Source: Guillardia theta CCMP2712
Taxonomy: Eukaryota > Protista > Cryptophyta
Length of the DNA: 64,000 bases
Assembly: GCF_000315625.1 (NCBI RefSeq)
Contig: NW_005434671.1
Location: 975,393-1,039,392 of the forward strand
Direction of reading: 5' to 3'
Positions 13,201 through 24,631 of the stretch are shown here, piece after piece. Every line of letters begins with the position of its first letter. The first letter of the stretch is position 1. A program made the position numbers and the translations under genes. Under the pieces are notes generated by a model that had not been told where the DNA came from, did not search any database, and saw only the letters and a list, made by a program, of their open reading frames with translations.

Positions 13201-15430
13201 GTCAGGAGCGAAGGTTGTCAAATACTGCGAGCTGGGAAGACGCTCGGCAAACGCTTTCTGATCTTCTCATGACAGCAGTCAGTTCATGATAAGACCTTTC
13301 AACAGCTATACCTTGTTCGCTCCACTCCCAGCCGTGCGAGGGAGAGAGGATCTCATTCCTGCTGCTGAGCGTCGTGACATCGGGCCCAGTCTGCACCTCT
13401 TGACTTCTCGTCGTCACATGCCCTCGTCGGACTTTGATCAGCGGGAGGTCTTTTTCCTCCGGGCGATGAGGAGCGTTTGAGGTGGCAGCGAATGCATCGT
13501 CGCCGGCGAGGGAGAGAAGGTCTAGCTTGCGAGGGCGACTCTCCTGCTGCTTCTCCCCCTGCATGATGTGCGGCCTTACAAACTTGTCGATGTTGAACTG
13601 GATCTGTTCCACCAATGTGTCAACACGACAGGATCGCAAACACGACCACCAATGCAGCGATCAAAGGCACCACAGGCTTTCTCATGCACACCTGAGAGAT
13701 CTCCATCGGAGGAACGATAGTGTTGAGGGCAACCTCCATCTGATCTACAGTGCTGGCCTCGGAGATTCTTCCCTCAAGAGCATTCTGCTCAACGCTCGTG
13801 AACAACTGAGGCAGGAGAAGCGAGGAAGGGATCACCTTGATCGACACAAAGAGGGCTGCGCAGACCTTGGGTAGGGAAGTTTTCCCGAAGATGAAGATCA
13901 GATCCCAGAGGAACAGGGTGACTTCCAGCCTGCAGAAAGACAAAACAGACGTGTATCAAATCAAACAGCGCCACAAGCATCAGTGCAGCTAATCTCGACA
14001 TCATATCACACTATGATCATCTCAACCGATAACATCCTAGCTCTTACCTCACGAAAACTCCAGTGAACATCCTTTGAACGAGCGGTAAGAGCAGCAAGCT
14101 CAGTCCTCCATGCACTTTCATATCCTTTGTCTTTCTCAGATCCCAGATCTTGTGCTTGCTGTGGTGAACGAGGCTGGAACCCCCAGCTCTCTGCCCAGCA
14201 AAGTGCTCGCTCGACGCAACCTTGCTGACCAGCTGATAATACTTCTCGTCCTCCTTGCGGATCATCACGGAGACCTGGAGCTCTCAGTCAAGACACATAG
14301 ACATTCCATCATCTCAAGGCACCTCATCCACAAATTCCCTCCACGCGTTCTGCTGCTGTGCGCTCTCCGGCTTGCACGTGTCCTCATTCATGAACTCGCT
14401 CAGCCCCGTACCCTCCTGCTCGTCCGGTCACAAGGACTCTGCGATGCTCGAGGAGAGCTACCTTCATTGCTACGAAGTAGTCAAGGAGCCCCTGCGGCCT
14501 CATCCCCTCCCTCAGAAGATCAGAGCTCGTGTCTGCAGGCACCATGGTTGCCACCAGCGGAACGACAGCGAACAACCAGGGCGTCACTAAGTCGACCTTG
14601 CTGCTTGCTGTGAGGTGTGATATGACTGCAATGATGGCGTTCAGACATGCAAGGGAAGGTCAAGTCATTGTCTACCTGTTTTCATCAGGTTTGCCCTTTT
14701 CGTGACGTTCCTGACCCCCAGCTCATTCAGCAGCTCGCTGCACATTGTCCACAACTACAAGGCTCGTCAACGATGACAACAAGGTCAGATCACCCTCTCC
14801 TTCCATCTCCCACACCTCTGCATCATTCGCGGCGATCTTCAGCGCAACGTCCCCTGAGCTATTCCGAAGGCTCCCTCGGAGGTACATGCCCCAGACCTGA
14901 ACCCGCAATGCTGCAGGAAGTCCGTAGAAGCTCAGATGCCGCAGGATGTCGAAACGGTCTGGCCATCGCTCAAGAATGGTGCCTGAGATGTTGCCAGCGA
15001 TGTTCACAAGAATCTCCATCTTGCCAAGAGTCGAGCCTGGCTTGTTCGAATCCCTGATCGACTGCTCTTGCATGTACCTTTCCGTGATATGTTCAGCCTT
15101 GTGAACGAGGCTCTGGTAAGCATCGCTCTCGGGAAGAAACTCGTCTTCAATGGATGAGAACAAGGCAGACCTCTGCTCTTGGCTGAGATCAGAGAAGATG
15201 CTTCTCCCGTTGGTGACCACTCTTTCCTTCATCTCCTCCAGAATGATGGAGACGAGCTCTTCCCATTCTTCGGAGTCTTCGAATGACTCTTTGAAGGTGT
15301 CAAGCCCTCGTGCTGTCATCTCCTTGCGGGCTCAGGCAGTTTCATCCTCCCCAGCTGCCATGCCAGCTACCCTTGCAAGCACGCGCCCGCCCAACTCCTG
15401 CCATGTTTGCTCCCTCAGAAACCATGGCAT
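10249..15430 (-). CDS. Large multi-exon protein with a Rab-GAP TBC-like domain, a GYF_2-like domain and an IQ-like motif (may be more than one gene)
   Basis: TBC-like segments: LSFYGLPAALRVQVWGMYL and RMFTGVF...VTLFLWDLIFIFG. GYF_2-like segment: YFFVEGKERKGPVDFEQ/LCSLYQEGKIVPETSVWYKSLGPKWMRL. IQ-like segment: AATRLQLWWRRIL. The model spans an N gap. Confidence 0.6.
11792..11891. other. Assembly gap with duplicated flanks
   Basis: 100 N. Sequence 11622-11791 is repeated at 11892-12061. Confidence 0.9.
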
Positions 15431-15744
15431 GCAACCAACGATAGACCGAGCAAGCTCACCTCGCGACGAGGGACCGGGGCGATTGATGACTCGGCGTCGG
15501 ATCTCGTCAGTGCCGGTGGCACCCCGGCCGCCCGGGCCGCGCCGCCGGGCGGCCCGCCAGTCGGACTCCCGGAGTCCGGGAGACCGCTCAGTCCGCCGGA
15601 GCCCACCTCAGTGTACGGTCCGAGGCCTGGCCTTCACTCAAAGTGAGGTGTCACATAACAGAGCCGAAAACGGATCATGATGGTATTCCGAAGTTCTTCA
15701 TCCCGAGTCCCTGGAAGTCCGGCAACTTCAGCATCGAGCTCGCA

Positions 15745-15835
15745 CTGCTGGGTCTAGCCGTCTTCCTTGCAGGAGAGGCTTGCGCTTCTGCTGGGTCTAG
15801 CCGTCTTCCTTGCAGGAGAGGCTTGCGCTTCTGCT
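15745..15835. repeat. 43-bp tandem duplication
   Basis: ctgctgggtctagccgtcttccttgcaggagaggcttgcgctt occurs twice in tandem. Confidence 0.9.
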
Positions 15836-16171
15836 CTTTGTCCTGAACATGCCGTCGCTCCGATGTGGTGGGAGTAAAGGTTTTCGCATCCTCCTCTTTT
15901 CCCATTTTTCTGTTGAGGCGAATTTGTTGCCATTCCCTTTCGACAGTCTGGTTCGAAGCCAGCATCACTGCCGCGGCTCCAGGAATATGATCCTGCCCAA
16001 GTGGTGAGAGCGCGAGGTGCGCTATGCCACGGCCCCCAGGATAACTTAGTCGTTCTCGCATCGCACTGCGGAAGCTGAACCAAGTGGGAGGCGAACAGAC
16101 TATCGGGGAGCACGCCGATCAAATCGTTTATTGCACACCAATATACATTGAAGCCTTCTTCCCTCCCCTCT

Positions 16172-16446
16172 TCACGCCTCGCGTCCCCCCTGCTCTCGTC
16201 TACCTCTGCGATCGCCCGCTGCCTCTCCTCGAGCTTCCTCCGCGCAGCAAGGATGTTCTCCAGACAGCTCCCCTTGCTCGCCTTGACGATGCCCGGCGGC
16301 TGTCTCGGGAGGGCTGGAGCTTGGGGGAGGAGGGGCAGGTCTCCGGCTGATCTCTTGCAGGGGAGGGCGACGGGGAGCGTGCGGGGAGGAGGGGAGGGAG
16401 CGGCGGAGAGGGAGACCTCGGACCAGAGAACGGTTACAGGGCGCAT
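16172..16446 (-). CDS. WSEVS/SCLENIL microprotein family, copy 1 (3' end altered; the frame reads on)
   Basis: MRPVTVLWSEVSLSAAPSPPPRTLP...KGSCLENILAARRKLEERQRAIAE. Confidence 0.5.
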
Positions 16447-17456
16447 GGCGTGCGAGAGGCAAGGAAGGGGGAAGGCAGAGCGAGGACAGGCTGGACGAGG
16501 GAGAGGCCGAGGTGATGGACAAGACGAGGCTGGAGAGGAGGGGGCGGGAGAGAGCAGCGAGTCGGAGCCTGATGAAGGAGTCGAAGGGAAGTAACTCCGG
16601 TATGGACATGCAAGTGACACGGACCTGGCACGGATGTTGGATCCGGGATACGAAACGATGTATCTGTAGATATCTGGTTGGGAAGGGGGTTGCTGACGGA
16701 GACATATGGATTCGAACTGAGAGGATTTCGCGGCATTGCAACGAAGGCCCTGGGCACGGACCTGCAGTGACGAACGTAGATATGGAGGTCTGTATTTTGA
16801 GATCTTGGTAGTCAAGTCAGCAACCTCTTGGGAACATCAACTTTTTATGTCAGCATTCTGCCGCTACAGGTTGTCGATGGGATGTTTCCGAATGGCAGAC
16901 TCGGACGTGATCGTCCGACTGTATTGTCATGGTCCATTTACCGCACTATGCTTACCACGTCAGGCCACCGCCCCGGTCGATCAACCAGTCTCCAGGAACT
17001 CCCGGACCAAGGAAGTGTACGGTGTACTTTACCGACTCGAGTGATGCCGGCGGCCCCGACCTGGGCCCGGCGCTCAGGCTGGCCGCGCGACGGAGCTGTC
17101 AGTTGAAGCACCGATTCATGACTTGTCATGCTGATTCAAGGCGCCACAGTCTGAAGGTCGGCGTGTCCCATGCGAGCATGGCTCGCTGTACGGAGTTGTA
17201 TGCGATGTTCGTGGAGCACTGCGATTCGTCTCGGACAACTTCAAGCAGAGCCTAAGTGGTATGTGTTCACTGCTGCACCACAGGCACTCAAACTTCATGT
17301 CAGGAGGATCCAGCGGCAAAACTTCGTCATCGAAGCGATACTCTAGTTATATTGTACAGCCATCAGCACATAGCAAGACAAGCAAGACCCTCGGCTCACA
17401 TGGATCTTTATTTACAAGCGCTATGTACATTTCCCGCCTATCGTCCCCTCCCCTCC

Positions 17457-17732
17457 TCACGCCTCGCGTCTCCCCCTACTCTCGTCTACCTCTGCGATCG
17501 CCCGCTGCCTCTCCCCGTGCTTCCTCCGCGCAGCAAGGATGTTCTCCAGACAGCTCCCCTTGCTCGCCTTGACGATGCCCGGCGGCTGTCTCGGGAGGGC
17601 TGGAGCTTGGGGGAGGAGGGGAAGGTCTCCGGCTGATCTCTTGCAGGGGAGGGCGACGGGGAGCTTGCGGGGAGGAGGGGAGGGAGCAGCGGAGAGGGAG
17701 ACCTCGGACCAGAGAACGGTGACAGGGCGCAT
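17457..17732 (-). CDS. WSEVS/SCLENIL microprotein family, copy 2 (91 aa)
   Basis: ATG-initiated intronless ORF with TGTAAATAA downstream. Confidence 0.55.
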   Translation of the reverse strand: MRPVTVLWSEVSLSAAPSPPPRKLPVALPCKRSAGDLPLLPQAPALPRQPPGIVKASKGSCLENILAARRKHGERQRAIAEVDESRGRREA

Positions 17733-18326
17733 GCAAGACGAGGCTGGAGAGGAGGGGGCGGGAGAGAGCAGCGAGTCGGAGCCTTATGAAGGAGTCGAAG
17801 GGAAGTAACTCCGGTATGGACATGCAAGTGACACGGACCTGGCACGGACGTTGGATCCGGGATACGAAACGATGTATCTGTAGATATCTGGTTGGAATGG
17901 GGGTTGCTGACGGAGACGTATGGATTCGAACTGAGAGGATTTCGCGGCATTGCAACGAAGGCCCTGGTCACGGACTAGCTGCTGCTTACAGCCGTCAGCA
18001 ACCTCTTGGGAACATCACTGCGAAGGAGGTCCGTGTGATAGGGACGTTTTATGTCACAGACGCCTCCGTAAAGACGCCGCCGGATGCGAAGGTTGTTAGT
18101 AGATGAAAAGTGGTGGAGTCCGTGCTATGTATGAAGTCTTACGAGGAATCGTTGTACTTTTACTCTGTTCCAGGAACATGAGATATGCTCTAGTAGTGAG
18201 AGGCTTGCGCCGTGACTCACTTCGGAACAAGTCCGTCACGAGGCTGACAATGATGTCCTTGTGACTATCCTCGACTGACCTCTTGAAGGAGACTCGTGCT
18301 CTGGTCTGCCTCCTGCCACCAGCTTC

Positions 18327-18620
18327 ATGCGCTCCCTCACCATCCGCTGGTCCGAGGTCTCTGTCTCCGCCGCTCCTCATCCCCGCTGTCCCTTCTTGCG
18401 CGCTGTCGCTCCAGCTGGCCCCGCATGTAGGAGAAGAGCGGACGAGTCTAAGGGGAGCATGACGTCCACGAGCTGCCTTGAGAACATTCTAGCGGCGAGG
18501 AGAAAACATCAGGAAAAGCATCAAGCCCTTCGAACGTCCAAGCACGAGCAAGGGAAGAAAGTGGGTTCAGAGATGGATAGCCGAGGACGGGGAATGGACA
18601 CGACGACATGTAAATGCTAG
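18327..18620 (+). CDS. WSEVS/SCLENIL microprotein family, copy 3 (divergent paralogue, 97 aa)
   Basis: MRSLTIRWSEVSVSAAP...SCLENILAARRKHQEKHQAL. Both motifs are conserved while the linker has diverged. TGTAAATAAA follows the stop. Confidence 0.6.
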   Translation: MRSLTIRWSEVSVSAAPHPRCPFLRAVAPAGPACRRRADESKGSMTSTSCLENILAARRKHQEKHQALRTSKHEQGKKVGSEMDSRGRGMDTTTCKC

Positions 18621-19049
18621 AATGTAAATAAACTCTTTGCACTTAAAGACAGAAAGACATCATATCTCCCAAGAAGAGCCAAATACAGTCAACCTGAGCT
18701 TCATGCCTCCCTGTGCTTATTTCCAAGATGCCGCTATCAGCTTGTCCAATGCCATACCAGGTCTTATTTTTTATCATCTTGACGAGCTCGTGGGAAAGCA
18801 AGAGTAATGTTTTTCTTGTTGGTCATCAGTCGATGAGATCTTCTTTCCTCTTCAGAGAATCTCACGCCGCAGATGATCTTAGTATGTCAACAGGATCATC
18901 AAACTGCAGATAGCAGACTGAGGTACCAGGCGGTTTGCACCATGCTGCCATCCCTCCTCCTCCTCATCATCAACTGTCCGCATTCTTGAGCAGCTGAGGT
19001 GTCTCTTTCCAAAGAGGGAACAACCCTCGTGAGTCGTTCTCCTGGAATC

Positions 19050-20420
19050 TGTTCCGCACGCTGTCGATGCCTTGCGCCCTGTTGACTTTCCCTGTCTGCA
19101 GGCACATAAGAGGAGTGTCGTGATGCTTGTCTCTCCTCCACGGGTCAGCCTGGTGCTCCAGCTGGACCTTGACTACATCTCTCTGCCCGTAGTAGGACGC
19201 AATGTGCAGCGTTGCCGAATTTCTTTTCCCTCACCTTCACGTCCACTCCAAACTTGGACAGGAGCAACTTAGCCTCGGATCTTTGGTCTGCCGTACTTAG
19301 CCGAAACATGAAGGTGAGGAGCGTTTTCAGATGTTTGCAGAGCTTCTGATCCTCATGGATACTTGCATCACTCACTACCTTCAACCACAAAAACCTGCAC
19401 ATGGTGCTGCACATGGTGCTGTATTCTTGCAGGAAGCTTTTCATGTGCATGTTGAAGTCGTCACTGTTGCCCTCATTTCCGGTGACGATAACTTCGTAGT
19501 CGATCTGTTCATCTTCAGAGTCACCGGCATCGCTCACTTCAGACTGACTGACTGTCTCCTCATCCGAGAGCTCACTCTTGTCTCCTGCTGGGGAGCAAAG
19601 GTGCGCTGTGCATACTGACATCTCCCTCATTTGCCTTAAATAGTTTTCCACCACCTACTCACAATTCATATTCGAAAGATATCGAGCCATCTTCGCGAGC
19701 CAGTCCTCGTTAAGGGATGAAGTCACTGGTGTTGCTTCTTCTCCCTGTATTGCTTCTCCATCTTCTTCCATCTCTTCTGCCTCCTCCTCAGGCCTTGAAA
19801 GACAGAAAGCTGAAGCATCTCAATGACCGTACAACTTGTACCCACTGAACATCTTCTTGCTTTAGCCATGGAAGTCGACAAAGATTGATGTCCGACAAGA
19901 CCGTCATACAATTTCTCTGTGAACTCAATCGCTTTATCATCTTCCAAGCCTCCTTTGTGTCCGATCGAAAAGTCAACAATCTTTGCCAGTTTCCTTTTAT
20001 GTTCGTTGGAAGCACATGCGTTGAACACCACCAGCTGCGCTTGGGCAGCTCCCTCCTTCTCTGCCTGCAGATTGTGAGCACTGACAGCGTCCATGATGGT
20101 TTCAGAAACGACAATATTTCGGAAGAGGCCGATTGCTTCATTCCCTGCATGGCAACTGAAGTGAAGAATGAGAGGATGGCGATTATTGAAGTCTGTGCCG
20201 CTCAGGATGGCATGAACGTAACGGATACCTCCACTTAACTGCGCGCAGGACAATTCCCCCGCCCCATGCCAGGAGGCCTTGAGCTGACGAAAGATCCTGG
20301 ACCGGATGCGTTTACAAGTCGGATCACCTGAGACGTCTTGCGAGGCCGTGAGACCATCCAGCGCTGCCGTTTCCTTGTTCGCCGAGCGATCCGCCAACCA
20401 CCACAGAAAGCGCATCCTGC
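19050..20420 (-). pseudogene. Degraded CHAT (caspase/separase-like peptidase) plus acidic linker plus ankyrin-repeat gene
   Basis: CHAT motifs HPLILHFSCHAG...LVVFNACAS...IVDFSIG...EDDKAIEFTEKLYDGL. A frameshift near 19845 continues as GYKLYGH*DASAF...NCE*VVEN with in-frame stops. A second frameshift near 19210 gives the ankyrin-type TLHIASYYGQRDVVKVQLEHQADPWRRDKHHDTPL. Confidence 0.75.
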
Positions 20421-21277
20421 AAGAGGCCATCAGTGCTGGCGATGATGGGAAGAAAGGCCTTTGGCGGGACGTGCTGAGCATATGCATTACGATGCCCTCG
20501 GATCTTCCGCTGTGCTGCTGATTTCAGTTTGCTCCGAGCGAGGTCCGGTATTCAGTCCATCATTGTCAAAAACAAGTGACATGCTGAAGTCCAGGATTAA
20601 CCCATGCCATCCACCTCCAGTCTCCTGCAGTTGCGAAAGTACTGATATGTCTCAAGGGAGGAAAGAGGAAGCCTCTCGCTCCCTCCCGGCCGGCGGAGTC
20701 CGACTCGGAACTCAGCGGCGGGCCGCCATATGTCAACGTCAAGTGCGGCCGCGGCCGCCAAGCCTTGAAGGGTGGCCCGGGCCCGGGCCCGGGGGGGAGG
20801 GGACTGAGTGAGCGTTCGAAACGGACTCGGAACGAGCGTGACGGGCCCGGGGCCTTGCTGGGCCCTCAGCATGTCGCACCTGTCATGCGTTGCTGACGAC
20901 CCAGTGACTTTGGGCTAGTGCTAACCACACGGGGTATCCTCTATCACCGCTTCAAGTGTCTGAGTGAAAGAGTCTGATACAGGATATTTTATGTCAGCGA
21001 CCTCGTGACCGTTTGAGTCTATAGTGATAGGCTACCTTCGGACCATCTGTCCGACCATTCTAGAATCTCCGGACGTGGCCTCCGTGTGAGCTTTGATGCC
21101 ACTCGGGCTCAATGTTCCTCTAAACTCGTCGCCGGATGTTTACTACAGTGACTGATGATTCCAAAAACGGTCACGAGGTCGCTGCGTGACCAGGCAGAGC
21201 CGCATTCCCCTTGACTTCTTCAACCACTCCGCTGCACCTCAACTTCCCCTCAACCACCAGCGCCGCCAAGACTCGCC

Positions 21278-21532
21278 ATGCGCCCTGTCACCGTTCTCTG
21301 GTCCGAGGTCTCCCTCTCCGCCGCTCCCTCCCCTCCTCCCCGCGCGCTCCCCGTCGCCCTCCCTTGCAAGAGATCAGCCGGAGACCTGCCCCTCCTCCCC
21401 CAAGCTCCAGCCCTCCCGAGACAGCCGCCGGGCATCGTCAAGGCAAGCAAGGGGAGCTGTCTGGAGAACATCCTTGCTGCGCGGAGGAAGCTCGAGGAGA
21501 GGCAGCGGGCGATCATCGGATTGCAGAGGTAG
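21278..21532 (+). CDS. WSEVS/SCLENIL microprotein family, copy 4 (84 aa; an 8-bp insertion changes the C-terminus)
   Basis: ORF track translation, near-identical to the other copies. Confidence 0.55.
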   Translation: MRPVTVLWSEVSLSAAPSPPPRALPVALPCKRSAGDLPLLPQAPALPRQPPGIVKASKGSCLENILAARRKLEERQRAIIGLQR

Positions 21533-22468
21533 ACGAGAGTAGGGGGAGACGCGAGGCGTGAGGAGGGGAGGGGACGATGGGCATGTACATAGCGCTTGTA
21601 AATAAAGATCCATGTGAGCTGAGATCGTGAGCGACAGGACATGCAGCACGGCACTCCACCAGAGTTGAGCGATGCCATTGCAGACAGCCGTGCAGACGGA
21701 GATGGCAGGAGCCCTGACTTGTTTGTACCTTGTTGAGCAGGAACGTCATTCATTGTCCGTGACTTTGAGTCAGTCGACGATGAGGCGTCTCAAGATGTGG
21801 AGACACGAGAGGGATAAGAAGCTTTCCGTTTTTGAAAGCGACGTTGGTTTTGTGTGCATGATCTTCAATTGTTTTCTTCCTTGACGGAAACACAATCGAA
21901 GAGAGCAACTCACTTGCGTTGGTTCGGAGAGTCAAGCTTCTTTTATCAGAACACTTGCGAAATGAACTCCACTCAGACAAGATGATACTCGCATCATTCA
22001 GCATATGCAAATTTGGACTCGGAACGAGCGTGAGGGCCCGGGGCCTTGCTGGGCCCTCAGCATGTCGCACCTGTCATGCGTTGCTGACGACCCAGTGACT
22101 TTGGGCTAGTGCTAACCACACGGGGTATCCTCTATCACCGCTTCAAGTGTCTGAGTGAAAGAGTCTGATACAGGATATTTTATGTCAGCGACCTCGTGAC
22201 CGTTTGAGTCTATAGTGATAGGCCACCTTCGGACCATCTGTCCGACCATTCTAGAATCTCCGGACGTGGCCTCCGTGTGAGCTTTGATGCCACTCGGGCT
22301 CAATGTTCCTCTAAACTCGTCGCCGGATGTTTACTACAGTGACTGATGATTCCAAAAACGGTCACGAGGTCGCTGCGTGACCAGGCAGAGCCGCATTCCC
22401 CTTGACTTCTTCAACCACTCCGCTGCACCTCAACTTCCCCTCAACCACCAGCGCCGCCAAGACTCGCC

Positions 22469-22723
22469 ATGCGCCCTGTCACCGTTCTCTGGTCCGAGGT
22501 CTCCCTCTCCGCCGCTCCCTCCCCTCCTCCCCGCGCGCTCCCCGTCGCCCTCCCTTGCAAGAGATCAGCCGGAGACCTGCCCCTCCTCCCCCAAGCTCCA
22601 GCCCTCCCGAGACAGCCGCCGGGCATCGTCAAGGCAAGCAAGGGGAGCTGTCTGGAGAACATCCTTGCTGCGCGGAGGAAGCTCGAGGAGAGGCAGCGGG
22701 CGATCATCGGATTGCAGAGGTAG
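22469..22723 (+). CDS. WSEVS/SCLENIL microprotein family, copy 5 (84 aa)
   Basis: Identical to copy 4. Confidence 0.55.
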   Translation: MRPVTVLWSEVSLSAAPSPPPRALPVALPCKRSAGDLPLLPQAPALPRQPPGIVKASKGSCLENILAARRKLEERQRAIIGLQR

Positions 22724-23680
22724 ACGAGAGTAGGGGGAGACGCGAGGCGTGAGGAGGGGAGGGGACGATGGGCTGGACATGTACATAGCGCTTGTAAATA
22801 AAGATCCATGTGAGCTGAGATCGTGAGCGACAGGACATGCAGCACGGCACTCCACCAGAGTTGAGCGATGCCATTGCAGACAGCCGTGCAGACGGAGATG
22901 GCGGGAGCCCTTTCTTGTTCTTGAGTGATAAGAAGCTTTCCGTTCGAAAGTGGGTTTGTGTGCATGATCTTCAATTGTTTTCTTCCTTGACGGAAACACA
23001 ATCGAAGAGAGCAACTCACTTGCGTTGGTTCGGAGAGTCAAGCTTCTTTTATCAGAACACTTGCGAAATGAACTCCACTCAGACAAGATGCTACTCGCAG
23101 GGAAGGATAGCACTGAAAGATCGGGCTTGGATCAGGAGCAGAAGAGTGCCTGAAGCGAGAGTTTGCACGAGGCGAGTGGAGCAAAGAGCACTAGTTCTAG
23201 TCTGTCACACCCCGAAGCTTGACGGGTTGCAGACATCTACTGCGAATACTCAAGGCAACTCCTCTAGATCACACATACTAAAATAAACGTGGCATACAAC
23301 TTGGGGAGAGAACGGAAAGATTCGTTGTAGATCGCTGCATCCTGTCAAGCTTCTGGGTGATACATTTCCTTGGTTTCGACTTATTTTTCGCTTACAAGCT
23401 GAATGGCCACTAATGGCATCAATCACGAGAAAGATATTACCGAAACTGATCTCCTCCTCATTCTTCGAATGGGGAGGAAATACTGCGATCATTCCTAGGG
23501 TTGAAATTCGGAAGAGCTATCATCGCCGTGCATGCTAACGTACTGATATGCAGATAGTATCCCTGCTGTTGATTTTTCGACCCCTGTATCATCCAGTATG
23601 TGCCTATCTCGATCTCAGCTCACATGGATCTTTATTTACAAGCGCTATGTACATGTCCAGCCCATCGTCCCCTCCCCTCC

Positions 23681-23956
23681 TCACGCCTCGCGTCTCCCCC
23701 TACTCTCGTCTACCTTTGTGATCGCCCGCTGCCTCTCCTCGAGCTTCCTCCGCGCAGCAAGGATGTTCTCCAGACAGCTCCCCTTGCTCGCCTTGACGAT
23801 GCCCGGCGGCTGTCTCGGGAGGGCTGGAGCTTGGGGGAGGAGGGGCAGGTCTCCGGCTGATCTCTTGCAGGGGAGGGCGACGGGGAGCGCGCGGGGAGGA
23901 GGGGAGGGAGCGGCGGAGAGGGAGACCTCGGACCAGAGAACGGTGACAGGGCGCAT
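23681..23956 (-). CDS. WSEVS/SCLENIL microprotein family, copy 6 (91 aa)
   Basis: Lies in the left arm of the inverted repeat. Confidence 0.55.
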   Translation of the reverse strand: MRPVTVLWSEVSLSAAPSPPPRALPVALPCKRSAGDLPLLPQAPALPRQPPGIVKASKGSCLENILAARRKLEERQRAITKVDESRGRREA

Positions 23957-24355
23957 GGCGTGGCAGGAGGAAGGAGGAAGGGGCGGAGTGACAGCAGGCA
24001 TCTGTTAGGCATCTTTTGAAGGAGCCAAAGGGGCCCGGTCACGCGGAGAAATGGGATATTTTATGTCAGCGACCTCGTGACCGTTTGAGTCTATAGTGAT
24101 AGGCTACCTTCGGACCATCTGTCCGACCATTCTAGAATCTCCGGACGTGGCCTCCGTGTGAGCTTTGATGCCACTCGGGCTGGTGTAAACTGTAAGATGG
24201 ATGGGTCGCCGGATGTTTACTACAGTGACTACTCCAAAAACGGTCACGAGGTCGCTGACATAAAATATCCCATTTCTCCGCGTGACCGGGCCCCTTTGGC
24301 TCCTTCAACAGATGCCTGCTGTCACTCCGCCCTTCCTCCTTCCTCCTGCCACGCC

Positions 24356-24631
24356 ATGCGCCCTGTCACCGTTCTCTGGTCCGAGGTCTCCCTCTCCGCC
24401 GCTCCCTCCCCTCCTCCCCGCGCGCTCCCCGTCGCCCTCCCCTGCAAGAGATCAGCCGGAGACCTGCCCCTCCTCCCCCAAGCTCCAGCCCTCCCGAGAC
24501 AGCCGCCGGGCATCGTCAAGGCAAGCAAGGGGAGCTGTCTGGAGAACATCCTTGCTGCGCGGAGGAAGCTCGAGGAGAGGCAGCGGGCGATCGCAGAGGT
24601 AGACGAGAGTAGGGGGAGACGCGAGGCGTGA
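24356..24631 (+). CDS. WSEVS/SCLENIL microprotein family, copy 7 (91 aa)
   Basis: Lies in the right arm of the inverted repeat. Confidence 0.55.
   Translation: MRPVTVLWSEVSLSAAPSPPPRALPVALPCKRSAGDLPLLPQAPALPRQPPGIVKASKGSCLENILAARRKLEERQRAIAEVDESRGRREA

Larger units (their letters stand above)
20823..23099 (+). repeat. ~1.19-kb tandem direct repeat (2 units), each carrying one microprotein copy
   Basis: Identical ORF pairs are offset by 1191 nt (21186/22377, 21278/22469). The tail of the second unit has deletions. Confidence 0.9.

Noticed and set aside
15754-16815. 353-aa ORF as a real long protein
   Set aside because: It is microprotein copy 1 with chance open flanks. The other copies start at the internal ATG and stop soon after the helix.
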